64,000 bases of DNA, taken from positions 768,001 to 832,000 of the forward strand of contig CM000435.1 of the NCBI GenBank assembly GCA_000165345.1. Direction: 5' to 3'. The notes beneath the pieces were generated by a model, which was given only the letters and a program-made list of their open reading frames with translations, had not been told where the DNA came from and made no database searches. Positions 1 to 11,251 of the stretch are shown piece by piece (the first letter of the stretch is position 1; each line of letters begins with the position of its first letter). The position numbers and the translations under genes were made by a program.

Positions 1-1920
1 AGCAATATTATAGATAAAAGTTCTTCATCAAAAAGAGTAGCTAATTCATAATCAATATTTTTGTTACTTAATTCTTTAAGCTTGATTAACTCTTCTAAGC
101 TACCCAATCTATTTATGACCCTGTCTAAATCTAGACTCATTGTATTATCAAAATAAAAGCTTGATAAAATATCTATTAATACAATATCTTTACCTGAAAC
201 AATATTTACAATACCGTCTAAACATTTTTTATTTTTTATTGAAAAATCGTCATCGTAAAATAATAACTCCCTTGGTTCAATAAAATTAATACAATTGTTT
301 GGGTGAATGCTTTCAAAGCTAGAATGCGATTCAAAACTATCTAGGTTATTTATGATTCTCTTTTGTAACGAAATAGGAGTGGACATAAGTAAGCTTTCCA
401 TCGCAAGAATTACTTGGAAAAGATCTAAAAACAACGATTTTTTTTCTCCAATAAATTCATCAAATGAGCTCTGTTGAACTGACATGAAAGAATCTGTACT
501 TTCTGTATTATTATTTGATATCAAGAATGGATGCAATACACTGATGATGCCAATACGCACATTTAAATCCAAATCTAACTTAAATCTGTCTGTACATATT
601 AAGTAAATATCATTTTTTAGTTTATGCTCCAACGACTTAAGAAATACAATTAAAAACGTAGATAACTGCAAAGAACTTCGAATTTTAGGGAAAAATGGAG
701 GCTTATAATCTATATCAGAACTTGAAAATATTAAATTTAACCAAAAAAGTAATACATTCTCAATTTCAATAAAGAGAGAGCTTCCACAAGTAATGAACAC
801 ATTACAAGACCAAATATTTGATCCGATACTTTTTTCAATTTCATCAAAAATATTAGGAATGTGAAAATAACCAAATGAGTGAAATTCATTGCAAATAATT
901 AATATTTGTTCAATTGCATTTATTTTTACGCTGGGGTTTTGATATATTGGCTTAAATTCATTATTTTCAAAATATTCTGGAACACCAACTTTTAAATTAT
1001 TATGAGAAATATTATTAAATACGCTTATTTGCATATTTTCAGTAATATCTTCGCAATTTAATTTTTCAACTTCGCTTAACTGGTCTGAAATGAAATAATT
1101 GTGTAAAATCCCAAAGATTGTATTTTCATTACTTACTTCAATAATTTCGTGATCCTTCCAATTTTGTTCTGATTTGCAAACATTATTTCTATTCAATAAA
1201 TCTTTACAACTATTAAATAAATTTGGAAGAATTAAAAATTTTGCCCATCTATTAATTATTTCAATTGATAAAATGATATGGTAGTTTATTGGAATTGGAT
1301 TTTTTTTAAGAAAAGCTAAACAACCAATAATTTCATGTATTCCTTGTAGGTAGTTGAAGTTGAGATATTCACATACAGTGATTGTAACAAAAACAAGTCT
1401 ATCGACAAAACTAAGTTTTGAAATGTATGGAAATGAATCACAGCTCAGGAGTGTAAGCATTTCATTATAATCTTTACTTGAAGCATTGAAATTAAAATAT
1501 TGTTTAGCATGTTCTAAAAAACTGTCAATACCATAGAAATCTTTCGGTATTTTTGGAAAAGATAGTTTTTTCTCATGAATATTCGGCCTAAATCTCTCGA
1601 AGTCGTATCTAATTATTTTATTGTTTGGATTTTTTTTTTCTAGCTCAATAATTATGGTTTTGATGCAGGCATGTCCGTTTTCTTTATTCAAAATATTATT
1701 TGAAATAAATTGATTGATTGATTGGATTTTTTCTAATCTAACTTTAAATAAGAAGCACCATATTCTATAGTCAAACCAGAAATCTTCAATAGAAATGCCA
1801 ATTATATTATTAATTTTTTCAGAATTAGATTCATCACTTGAATCAATTAAATGCCTTGCTTCTTCAGACTTAATTTTTTTGTTTTCAAAGTTGGGGGAAG
1901 TTTCATTTTGTGTATACATA
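1..1920 (-). CDS. TBC-domain Rab GTPase-activating protein, N-terminal part only; ORF runs off the window start
   Basis: ATG at 1920..1918. My manual minus-strand translation stayed open to position 1 (MYTQNETSPNFENKKIKSEEARHL...). It contains the TBC arginine-finger motif IxxDxxR (IIRYDFERF) and the glutamine-finger YxQ motif (NYLQGIHEI). It is absent from the supplied ORF track, presumably because no stop lies inside the window. Confidence 0.55.
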
Positions 1921-2006
1921 TCTTAAAAAAACGAAGTATTTGTGAAAAGTGAGCATTCGTTTAGAATTTATTTTTTACATGTCTAGCGCCAGTTACTCGA
2001 AAAAAA

Positions 2007-2957
2007 ATGATTTTAAATCAAACAAAACACATTTACATAATGAACAAATTGCTTTTTGCGATAATATTAGTTTCTTATATCTATAAGTTTGCAAATTGCT
2101 TTATTTCATCATTCTCCGGGCCTTTTATGCTGTTTTATTCAGTTTTGCGTACAATAGATGGGATGGCGGAGAATATACAACACATCAGTAATTCAATGGA
2201 TTTATCGCTACAGTCATTCTTATCCACTCAATTTCTCAGTAAAATCAGCGATAAAGTTGATAATCCAATTGTTATTGGTGCAGATTATCATGGGTCGGTT
2301 TCCCCTTGCGAATTAGATTTTCATCCTTTAATATCTAGTAATATTTTTATCGAAAGATCAATTGATAAAAATAATACAAACTATTTTCAGGTGATAAATA
2401 ACTCGTCTATAGTTCTACCCTTCACCAATAATAAAAATATTCAAATATTTGAAAGCACAAAGTATAAAACAGAGAATATTGCAGGCTTCGACTCTTTACT
2501 ATTCAAGAGAATGGATGTAAATTTGGTAAATAAACAAAATGACATAAATAATGAAAATAATTATAGTACGCTATTAGAACCGTTCCATTATGGTACAAAG
2601 ATGGTCAGTACAGAATTTAAAAACCAAAATGGAAATGGCTACGTAAACGATCTTATTCTCGCAACTAAAATCTTCAATCCATTGCAGAACTTTGAAATAA
2701 ATAATAAAAACATCAACAACCAAAATATACCAACTCGTTTGGGAAAATCTATTTCAAGCAATGAAATATTTTATAATCATCAATATGAGCTTCGAGAGAC
2801 AGAAAACACTGAATTTGATTTAAATTCATTTAGGCTATATACATATTATACAACACACTATCTTTTTCAGATTACAAGTATTTTCTCGATGGGTATTTCA
2901 TTGCATTCTCAATATAGACGTAAGTCTAGACAGAGAAAGTTGCATCTAGTAAAATAG
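2007..2957 (+). CDS. hypothetical N-rich protein, probably secreted
   Basis: 316-aa ORF with a true ATG at 2007. A second Met at 2040 is followed by a hydrophobic signal-like segment (MNKLLFAIILVSYIYKFANC). Asn-rich low-complexity sequence; no recognisable domain. Confidence 0.45.
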   Translation: MILNQTKHIYIMNKLLFAIILVSYIYKFANCFISSFSGPFMLFYSVLRTIDGMAENIQHISNSMDLSLQSFLSTQFLSKISDKVDNPIVIGADYHGSVSPCELDFHPLISSNIFIERSIDKNNTNYFQVINNSSIVLPFTNNKNIQIFESTKYKTENIAGFDSLLFKRMDVNLVNKQNDINNENNYSTLLEPFHYGTKMVSTEFKNQNGNGYVNDLILATKIFNPLQNFEINNKNINNQNIPTRLGKSISSNEIFYNHQYELRETENTEFDLNSFRLYTYYTTHYLFQITSIFSMGISLHSQYRRKSRQRKLHLVK

Positions 2958-3688
2958 TTAATATTTTATGATAATTCTATAAATTTAACGGTAACATTCC
3001 AATATAATTCTAAATTTCTTTTTCTTTTTATCAGGTGATTTTTACAACCTTTTCTTTGACATAGTTGACTTTAAATTCTTTGTACGTTTTCCAATTAATA
3101 ATACTTAAATACCATAAATATTTGAAAGGGTCTTTTCACTTATAGGCATTTGTTCTTAATATGATGAATATGGTTAGAATGCTGTACAATTACTTCAGCT
3201 AATTGTTGTACAGAAACCGATAAAATACATTCCAAATAATCTGGTTCGATTACCTCAAAGTCATTAGCCAGATAAGAACACTATGAACATACAATTTATA
3301 ATTAAAGTCACTAATTATTCTAGATATAAGGTATTATTTGCGTAATCTTATAGCTTTAGGTTATACAGATTAATATAAATCTTGTTTCTATTTTCAAACC
3401 AAACATTGAAAGTCTCGTTTTGCAAATAGAGGACAAAAAATAATTCTTAATTAAAAAGCTAGCTGATACATGTATCAATCTGTGGTACTTAAATAGATTA
3501 AATAATCAAAGTTCTGCTTAGGCATTGATAGGGCGGCATAAGTGCATCTAAAGTAAAACTTATTCAATAAACTGCTAATTTGCAAGTCATTGGCGGGATT
3601 ATATACGATACTCTCGAATCCAAAGTCTATACCCGTTCATTAAAAGTAAAAGTAAAATCAGAATTTAGATTTGGTTAAGTAGATATAA

Positions 3689-4315
3689 ATGAAATTCTAT
3701 GCGCGTTTAATTATTCTACATTATATATATTTTGTTGAAATAATAAATCATATTTTCGTAGAAGCATTGGTTAATGATGCTATTTGTAACGTTGCTTCTG
3801 GGATAATGGTAAAGGAAGCGTGCAGCGCTGTAACTAATGCAGCATGTAGTACTGTAGGAACAGTGGCATGCCAAACAGCAGGAGACATAGCCTGTCAGGC
3901 AATGGGAGAAGCAATCTGCCAAACTACAGGTAATATTGCATCAGATGCAGTGTGCCATACTGCATGCCAAATAGCATCAAATACAGCAGGGGAAGCAGTG
4001 TGTAATATTGTTTCTCAAATTTCCTCAGACTCAGTATGCGCTACTGCATGCCAAGTTGCCAGCACAGTAATAGGGCAGTCTTCTAGTGACATTTTAGCTG
4101 GTTTCGGAGCAGAGATCACAAGCTCTTTAATTTCAAAAAGTGCAAGCAGTCAACTAATGGCGGCATCAGCGGCTGCAAACTCTGTAACTATTTCAGTGAC
4201 TATTTCCACAGTAATGTCTATTCTACAAGTGATGATCTCTTTATTTGGAATGGGTTTTAATTTATATACTCATATCAGGTCTTTAAATGCTAGAAGACCA
4301 TATTATGTTCGTTAA
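3689..4315 (+). CDS. cysteine-rich tandem-repeat protein with 8-aa 'ACQTAGxI'-type repeats; signal-like N-terminus and hydrophobic C-terminus
   Basis: ATG at 3689. Hydrophobic N-terminus (MKFYARLIILHYIYFVEIINHIFVEA). About nine 24-nt/8-codon repeats, each centred on a Cys (ACSTVGTV/ACQTAGDI/ACQAMGEA/ICQTTGNI...). Hydrophobic tail (TISVTISTVMSILQVMISLFGMGF). Locally GC-richer than flanks. Confidence 0.5.
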   Translation: MKFYARLIILHYIYFVEIINHIFVEALVNDAICNVASGIMVKEACSAVTNAACSTVGTVACQTAGDIACQAMGEAICQTTGNIASDAVCHTACQIASNTAGEAVCNIVSQISSDSVCATACQVASTVIGQSSSDILAGFGAEITSSLISKSASSQLMAASAAANSVTISVTISTVMSILQVMISLFGMGFNLYTHIRSLNARRPYYVR

Positions 4316-4664
4316 ACAAGAATCTTTGGATAAGAAAATTTTTAAATTGATATCACAATGGCTAGAACTCATAATATTAGAGGGGCGATCACTTATTGGT
4401 CCCTAGAAATAAATTACAATATATAAATGACATGTTATTTAGTCTTTGATTAGTAGAGAATTTAATTTAAACCATGCAATATTTCTTTATTATTATTTTT
4501 TTGACATTAGTGCGGATTCAACGACAATACATAGGCAAGATAAGAGTTACCGCTTTGAATTTTTCTTTTTCATGTGAGTCTAATTAGTAAAAAAAAAAAA
4601 AGAAAAAGGAGAAACTATTCTTATGCGCTAATGCGAAATTCAATAAAATTGTTAATATCTAAGA

Positions 4665-7049
4665 ATGCATATACTCCAGCTTTTTTTTTTGTGCCTTTTT
4701 ATTGCTTCATACTCAGCCCTATGTAAATTTTCGAAGAAAGGTATCCCTATTCCTAACAGACATCATTTAGAAGATGCTCATAATAATATATGCTATGCAT
4801 TAATTATGTCATCTGGCTCAAACAAAGGTCCCTGGCAGGCAGGCGTCGTACGCGGTATTGCTCAAAAATACCATGATAGTGGAAAAAAACTAAGATGGGA
4901 TCTTGTAGGCGGAACTTCTGTTGGGGCAATAAATGCATTGGCTTCTCAATTTTATCCTCCTGGCGAGGAGTTGGCTTGGACCACTGAACTTGTCATACTT
5001 TGGAAGATGGCAAGACAAAAGGATATTACGACATGCAAAACTCCTTTAAAAAAAAACTATGCAAGGTGGGCAGTTTCATTTCTTAAAGGTTGGATTAGCT
5101 CTAGAAATCCATTTAGGTACTTGTGCGATAATTCTCCTGCAAGAAAGTTATTAAGGGAGCTGTTTTTACATAGAAAACATAAACAAAGACTTTTCTTCAC
5201 CAACACAATGCGTTACACGGACAGAACTGCACACGTATTTACTGAGCAATTGGAACTCGAGGAAATAATAGAGGCAGTAATAGGTTCAGGAACAATTCCA
5301 GGCATATTTCCAATCAAGTATTTGAGAAACCTTGGCTATCATGTTGATGGTGGTTTTATTGCTGCTGGCGACCTTGAAACTGCAATTAAACGATGCATCG
5401 CAGTTGGAAAGGCTAAAACTCCAAGAGATGTCGTTATTGATTTTATATCTGCAGAAGAACCACGCGAATTAAAGAGGAACACATCCTTTTTAGAAGGAGA
5501 GGATCATAGAAGTCCCCACCAACTTCCATTATACTATATTGTTTTACAATCATTGGGAATTCTTTCAGATATGGTTTCATCAACATCTGTAGTTAGACAG
5601 ATTATTTCCAAATACCCTGATGTAACTATCAGATATCTGATTCAGCCAAATGAGGAGGCTCTTATGTGGATACCAGGAGTGATGGTTGATTTTTCACAAT
5701 GGAAAAAGATGCATAGGGTTATAGAAGCAGGGTACAAATCTGGCTATAATGCGCTTCCAATTACTGGTGAAAAGCTTAAAACCATTATGGAACCTGCAGA
5801 AACACATTTTCATCCACCAGACCCTGCCGATGTTAGCTCAATATTAGAACAATACTATCAGGAATGCGAGGCAAGAAAGATATCAAGCGGTTTTAGACCT
5901 ATGGGCTTAGATGACGTTACTCTTTATCTATTAACTTCAAATGTAGAAAAAGCTATTAAGACGGTGTTTACTGAAGTTTCGCCATATAAAGATATATTTC
6001 CATATAAAGACTCTATAGCTTTTGCCACATTTATGGGTCCTTTTTTTATTACTAAGAGGTGCATTGACTTGATGCACTATTTTGCGCTTGCAAGAGGAGT
6101 AAGATCTCCCACTCAAAGCCAGTTTTACTCTTGGGTTGGCAAGTTGTGCAACATTATTGCGTCAAAAGTTAATGAATACAATACGGGCGAAATTCGTAAT
6201 CTCTCCAAACAATATTTCGTTGAAGAACTTCCGATAACTTTGCAGGATCAAGGTTCTGCAGAAATTACTTATGAATTTGGCAATCAGTCAATTCACGATC
6301 TCTCTGAAAATTTTGTTGAAAATTCTTTGGATGATGGAAAGGATATTGATTCAGACAATATCGCTACTAAAATTAGAAATTTAATATATGCATTATCCAA
6401 TGATAATAAACATATTATTGGAATGACATTCTTAGAGTTTACCAATACTAAGCGCTCGATTGCAGGACTTAGCCAATGCGTAAACATACTATTGAATGAC
6501 TTGCAGGAAAAATTAGACCAAATTAGCCCTGGTGCAGCTTTAAGGCGTGCGCTCTTAATTAAGGAAAGAAAACTGAAGAATACACATCAGACACTTAATT
6601 CTTTCGTTGTGGTACTCAAATCTCTTAATGACGACATTCAAAGGTTAAACAAAACAATGATAACAATTGACTCATTTTTAAAATCATCTAATAACATTTC
6701 CAATAAAGCAACTAAGCTTTTGAAATATATAGAGGATAAACAAAAAAAAGGTATATTTTCGGCTAAATTTGAAGATGTTATTACATTACTATCTTTATAT
6801 GAAGATTATGTTGAAAAATTACAAGGTATCCGCATTAAAGAAATTAACAGTCGTAGAATAATCGTTGACTCGAAACATTCGCAGTTAATTCTCGCAAGAA
6901 TAATTATTGCATTACGCGAACAAAATGAACATTTTCCGAAATTGATTAATGGAAAATCTACAGAAGGAATTTCAGAGTCTATTAATAGATGTATCAGTAT
7001 TGTTGATGAGCAGTATAAACCAATATTAGCAGCAAAAGATTCATCCTAG
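4665..7049 (+). CDS. patatin-like phospholipase with N-terminal signal peptide
   Basis: 794 aa. Signal-like N-terminus (MHILQLFFLCLFIASYSALC). Gly-rich oxyanion region (SSGSNKGPWQAGVVRGI), GxSxG nucleophile elbow (GGTSVGAINAL) and catalytic DGG (HVDGGFIAAG), all typical of the patatin family. Confidence 0.75.
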   Translation: MHILQLFFLCLFIASYSALCKFSKKGIPIPNRHHLEDAHNNICYALIMSSGSNKGPWQAGVVRGIAQKYHDSGKKLRWDLVGGTSVGAINALASQFYPPGEELAWTTELVILWKMARQKDITTCKTPLKKNYARWAVSFLKGWISSRNPFRYLCDNSPARKLLRELFLHRKHKQRLFFTNTMRYTDRTAHVFTEQLELEEIIEAVIGSGTIPGIFPIKYLRNLGYHVDGGFIAAGDLETAIKRCIAVGKAKTPRDVVIDFISAEEPRELKRNTSFLEGEDHRSPHQLPLYYIVLQSLGILSDMVSSTSVVRQIISKYPDVTIRYLIQPNEEALMWIPGVMVDFSQWKKMHRVIEAGYKSGYNALPITGEKLKTIMEPAETHFHPPDPADVSSILEQYYQECEARKISSGFRPMGLDDVTLYLLTSNVEKAIKTVFTEVSPYKDIFPYKDSIAFATFMGPFFITKRCIDLMHYFALARGVRSPTQSQFYSWVGKLCNIIASKVNEYNTGEIRNLSKQYFVEELPITLQDQGSAEITYEFGNQSIHDLSENFVENSLDDGKDIDSDNIATKIRNLIYALSNDNKHIIGMTFLEFTNTKRSIAGLSQCVNILLNDLQEKLDQISPGAALRRALLIKERKLKNTHQTLNSFVVVLKSLNDDIQRLNKTMITIDSFLKSSNNISNKATKLLKYIEDKQKKGIFSAKFEDVITLLSLYEDYVEKLQGIRIKEINSRRIIVDSKHSQLILARIIIALREQNEHFPKLINGKSTEGISESINRCISIVDEQYKPILAAKDSS

Positions 7050-8185
7050 CTATATAATTGCCACTTTATGTTCAAAATAGAACTAGAAAATATATTTTAT
7101 ATAAACGTATGCCTAATGTTTCTATCTTTTCTAACTGCGCTCGAAGCTAATTTTTATCCTGGTATTGTACTATATCACTTCATTATTCGTTTGAGCTGTG
7201 AATAGCATTTAATTCTAAGTTTAACATTTCTGGTTATTCAGCGAGTGTTTGTAATATTGTAGTGCTATGTGCTACTCTTCTGTTAAAATTGCAATATTAA
7301 GCGATTTTTCAATTGCCATTTAAAGAATACAATTTACAAATAAAGAACAGCTGCTTTCAATAAGAAAATACGTAAGTACACAGCCAAAGATGCACGGCTA
7401 TACTCTTTACAAAGTTATCGTTGGCATTCAAAGAAAATCGGCAAACTGTAAGCAATACACTTGAAAGATATAATTAACAGCGCATCTAACTGGGTGTATT
7501 CGCTTTTTGTTGTGGCTTTTCTGAGTACTTGCTTTCGAATCTAAACTCGAGGCCAGAAGTTTATATTGATGGATTGATAAATAAAATCAAACAGTAATAA
7601 TTACATTATTTAGAGAAAAAACTACCTTGTAAAAACGATTTTGAGAAGATGAGAATTTTAAAATTGTCCGATAATTCTTCTGTTTCTGAAACTAAATGAG
7701 AAATCAACAAAAAAGTCACTCATACCAATTTAAAGTTATATATGGAAAATGATAAGATTAATAGGGAAGGAAAACCATTGTGTCAAAAATTGATTAACGA
7801 ATATCACAACTTCAATCATTACAAATGATTAGCAAAGAGTGAATTTAATGAAGATACAATAAGGCTGATGTCAAATCTCATAACGAGTTTAATCAAAACT
7901 CGTTGAGGGAAAAAGTTATTGATATTCCACTTCCCCTAAAAATATTTTAAACACTACTGAGTAGCGTTTTTGATGATTTAAAATTCCCTAATTGGAGCAA
8001 TAAATCAAGATTCAAACAATTTCCAGAAAGCCTTTTACTGCAGTATATCTATTCTTATTATCATTTTGCATGCAAGTATGATGAAGCTGGACAATTAGGT
8101 GGCGGACAAATAACTTAGATCTCTCCGATTAATTTGCACTGCTAATATACACTAGTTGCCTTGTATTAATTTAAATATCGATGGG

Positions 8186-8623
8186 CTAATCAATCAAATC
8201 AACTACGTGCGTTGTGTTTACATTTGTAATCAATTTAGGTGAAATAATAGTACTGCAACATTTAATTGATATTGAGTCGGTGCCATTTACTTCAATTTGG
8301 TTGTCTATTGAATAGTTTAAACTAATGAATACAGGACTGGATGATATGTGAATGGTTTGCTCTCTATATTGTTCTTTACATGCTCCATGGTTAATCTTCA
8401 TATAGGCTGGCACAATAGAACTATTGAATTGTTTGTTAATTTCTAAACTTGAGAGGTTTCTCCTTAAGTTTGTACCTGATCTTTTTGTATTAGCGATAAT
8501 ATCTAATATGTCGTATTCTGCGAAACTTCCTAGTTGAATTTTATTGTGAATAGAATTAGCTTCAATTGTATCATGAATTAAATATAAAATCACACAAACA
8601 ACTATATATTTAAATTCCATCAT
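8186..8623 (-). CDS. small hypothetical secreted protein
   Basis: 145 aa with ATG ATG start and N-terminal hydrophobic signal-like segment (MMEFKYIVVCVILYLIHDTIEA). Several N-x-S/T sites; no recognisable domain. Confidence 0.4.
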   Translation of the reverse strand: MMEFKYIVVCVILYLIHDTIEANSIHNKIQLGSFAEYDILDIIANTKRSGTNLRRNLSSLEINKQFNSSIVPAYMKINHGACKEQYREQTIHISSSPVFISLNYSIDNQIEVNGTDSISIKCCSTIISPKLITNVNTTHVVDLID

Positions 8624-8918
8624 TGTGTTTGATAAATCTACAGTTTTTTTTTGCCATGTATGCCTGTGGGGTTATGCAAACGTGTGGGGATTCTAGAAGA
8701 GGTGAGAACAAGAATTTTTGAAGGAGCTATCAATTAAACAGATAGATAAAATTTGAATCAATAAGAACATTTGTATTATAAAGCTTCAATTTCTTTAGGA
8801 GGTGACCATTTTATGTTGTGTTCAAGCTGTTTCCTTAATTTTGTATTTTAAATTGATTTAAAGTTTAGGTTTATCAAATTATGGCGCTAATCCAATTATA
8901 TTATCACTTCAATTAAAA

Positions 8919-10697
8919 ATGGGTAGAAGAAAAATAAAAAATGTTTTGCGGATGGAGAGTAATGACAGGTCGGACGAATTTGTCGCAAAGCCCTCTCCAA
9001 ATTTAGTTATGTCTGAAAAAAAGTTAATATTTGAAGATCATCTCCTTGAAAATATTCAACTCGAAAATATCACCATTGCAGATGTTAAGAGAATAACAAG
9101 CAAGACATTCGATTTTTTACGTGCCACAGGATTAAGACAAACTCATATCTCTGCTACAACAGGAATAAATCAATCTATTTTGAGCATAATTTTGAGGGAT
9201 CCTGGTACTAAAACTATTTCAATTAATAGGAAGAAAGATGTTGTATTCAAGTTATGTGAATATTATAACAAGATAAATTTAGGATTAATTTCTCATGACC
9301 CATTGACAGCACCCAAAATTTCTAATTCTAAAAAAAGTGGAGAAATTATTCAAAAGAAAAGAACTCTTTCCAGAAGAAATACATTTGAAGATGGATCAAA
9401 TGACAATTCGATTATACCGAATCCTGAGATTTTTGTTCATTCAAATCCTTGCCAATACAATAATTTCGAACTTGAAAAAAAAGATGACGAAAGCCAAGAA
9501 AGTGTTATTGATTCAGAATGTGCAATATATGGCTTAAAGGAATCAAAAATGAAACGTATAGATGATAGTTCAAATAATAAATCTTTAGGGAAAAATATCT
9601 TACTATTCAGCTCATGTATTGGTTGTTCTATAATCCCCACAAAAATAAGAGAGGAAAAGAAGCTTTTTATTGAATATTCTTCCAGTGGGCCAATGTCATC
9701 TTTTATTAACGATAATAACACTCTAATCAAATTCACAGAATTAAATCACTCCTGTAAATTGAGTGAGAATCATTTAAACTTTGATTGTAATCAAGACTTC
9801 ACTTCAAGAATTTTAGAACCTATACTAATACCATTATCAGTCAACTTGCGGCACTTCATCACAAGCTCATTTACTGACAATTGCATAGCTGAAAATACTA
9901 ACATTTCTTCAGTTTCGAGATCTAACTCATCGGCGATACTCTCTACACTCAAGGGAAAAAACTTCAAGCCCGAAAGATTTATCTGGTCCTCAGTTTCGGA
10001 CTCCACTGCCCTATGGGGCTTTGTTGAAAATCTCAGTCGCGAGAGACACTTATCTATATTTATGAGCAATAGTGAAAAGAGAAAAGCGTTTAATTGGCTA
10101 GTAAGAGAGATAGAAAATTATAAAAGTTTATATTTACAATTTCTTTGTGTAACATTGCCCTCAAATATCAGACCAGGGAACGACTCACTGCTAATTCGCG
10201 AGATTCGTTTAAATGAGTCATATGAAGATGTCATTGTGAACGATAGGTTTGAGTGGAACATTTCGAATCCCACAAATCAGCTATTAAGATATGTCGAGTG
10301 CTTAATTTCAGATTTAAACCTACCACAAGAATTATTTTCTGAGTTGCTTTATAGTGCTTTGAAACAGGTTTTTGATGAAATTACAAATTTTGTTAAAAGG
10401 TTTAATCACAAAAACATTACTGACGAACTTAATTCTGCCCAGTACATTAACGATCAATACGAGGATGATACGTCTAGCAACTACTCTTTTGGCGCAAATT
10501 TTGAGACCCGTACGAACGATGAAAATATTGACAAGGAGTCTACAAGATTCGTCTCATATGGGAATTTTATTAAATGGGGAAGTCGCGCTGACTTAGAGTA
10601 TGATTCAGATGATAACGCTAAGCGATTTCCTACCATTGAGAACGCAGAAGAAAGGAGGCAAATAGAGAACCGAAACCGCTTTAGGAAGAGAAGATAA
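8919..10697 (+). CDS. SNF5/INI1 (SMARCB1)-like chromatin-remodelling subunit, tentative
   Basis: 592 aa. The C-terminal block (VIVNDRFEWNISNPTNQLLRYVECLISDLNLPQELFSELLYSALKQVFDEI) matches the SNF5 repeat-2 signature (…FEWDMSE…PE.FA..LC.DL.L..EF…). Very basic C-terminal tail. Confidence 0.5.
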   Translation: MGRRKIKNVLRMESNDRSDEFVAKPSPNLVMSEKKLIFEDHLLENIQLENITIADVKRITSKTFDFLRATGLRQTHISATTGINQSILSIILRDPGTKTISINRKKDVVFKLCEYYNKINLGLISHDPLTAPKISNSKKSGEIIQKKRTLSRRNTFEDGSNDNSIIPNPEIFVHSNPCQYNNFELEKKDDESQESVIDSECAIYGLKESKMKRIDDSSNNKSLGKNILLFSSCIGCSIIPTKIREEKKLFIEYSSSGPMSSFINDNNTLIKFTELNHSCKLSENHLNFDCNQDFTSRILEPILIPLSVNLRHFITSSFTDNCIAENTNISSVSRSNSSAILSTLKGKNFKPERFIWSSVSDSTALWGFVENLSRERHLSIFMSNSEKRKAFNWLVREIENYKSLYLQFLCVTLPSNIRPGNDSLLIREIRLNESYEDVIVNDRFEWNISNPTNQLLRYVECLISDLNLPQELFSELLYSALKQVFDEITNFVKRFNHKNITDELNSAQYINDQYEDDTSSNYSFGANFETRTNDENIDKESTRFVSYGNFIKWGSRADLEYDSDDNAKRFPTIENAEERRQIENRNRFRKRR

Positions 10698-10750
10698 CTT
10701 ATTTTTTTAGCGCCATTCTACTTTTTATATAATTGGATATCTCTTTCGAT

Positions 10751-11251
10751 CTATCGACTTTTACCGCAACGAACAAACCGTATGTTCTCAACTAATATGA
10801 TTTGACCTTTCCTAGCAAGTACACTCGCACCGAGCCTTTTTCTCTTTGGCTTGGTAGTTTTTTTCACCTTGCGAAATAGAACTACCACAAAATTCCATGT
10901 TTCATTAGCCAGGGTTTCATGGACTGTACTGGGAAACAAGCATTTTTCTTGCGCAGGTATCTCCAACACGGATATATCAATGAATTGTTGGTCGTGTTGC
11001 GCATATACTAACAATTCATTCTTGCATAGTTGGATTTTCGTAACTTTGTATAATCCTGGAAAGAATGAAGACAAAAGATCATTTCTATTTATCAAATAGT
11101 CAGGCTTCACAACATCAATAGTATTAATTTTATGCGAACTCTCTTTATCATTTTGTGATCTCAACAAAGTGGTTTTCTCAGGTTCGCAATAATAGCAATC
11201 GAATGTTAAACACCTGCCTATTTCTATCGTAAATCGACGGGTGTGCCGCAT
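10751..11251 (-). CDS. hypothetical small basic protein
   Basis: 166 aa with a true ATG. Lys/Arg-rich C-terminus (KKTTKPKRKRLGASVLARKGQIILVENIRFVRCGKSR). I could not assign a family. Confidence 0.4.
   Translation of the reverse strand: MRHTRRFTIEIGRCLTFDCYYCEPEKTTLLRSQNDKESSHKINTIDVVKPDYLINRNDLLSSFFPGLYKVTKIQLCKNELLVYAQHDQQFIDISVLEIPAQEKCLFPSTVHETLANETWNFVVVLFRKVKKTTKPKRKRLGASVLARKGQIILVENIRFVRCGKSR

Noticed and set aside
2921-3034. GTAAGT at the last codons of ORF 2007..2957 with a TTTTTATCAG acceptor ~110 nt downstream
   Set aside because: The implied intron (~110 nt) is more than twice the length of every supported intron here. The 25-codon extension (RDFYNLFFDIVDFKFFVRFPINNT*) has no recognisable features. 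I leave the unspliced model.}},{
7940-8070. U5-like (CCTTTTACTGCAG resembling the CUUUUACUAAAG loop), U2-like (CAGTATATCTATTCTTATTATCA resembling GUGUAGUAUCUGUUCUUAUCAGUUUA) and C-box-like (TGATGA) fragments
   Set aside because: The invariant nucleotides are not preserved: the U5 loop lacks ACUAAAG and the U2 branch-recognition GUAGUA is missing. No matching D box or terminal stem was found for a C/D snoRNA. These are probably chance matches in AT-rich DNA.}},{
10255-10275. TTCGAATCCCA, resembling a tRNA T-loop and 3' acceptor
   Set aside because: It lies inside the SNF5-like coding sequence. There is no GG…TTCGAATCC T-stem context and no cloverleaf partner sequences. I recognised no tRNA anywhere in the window.}},{
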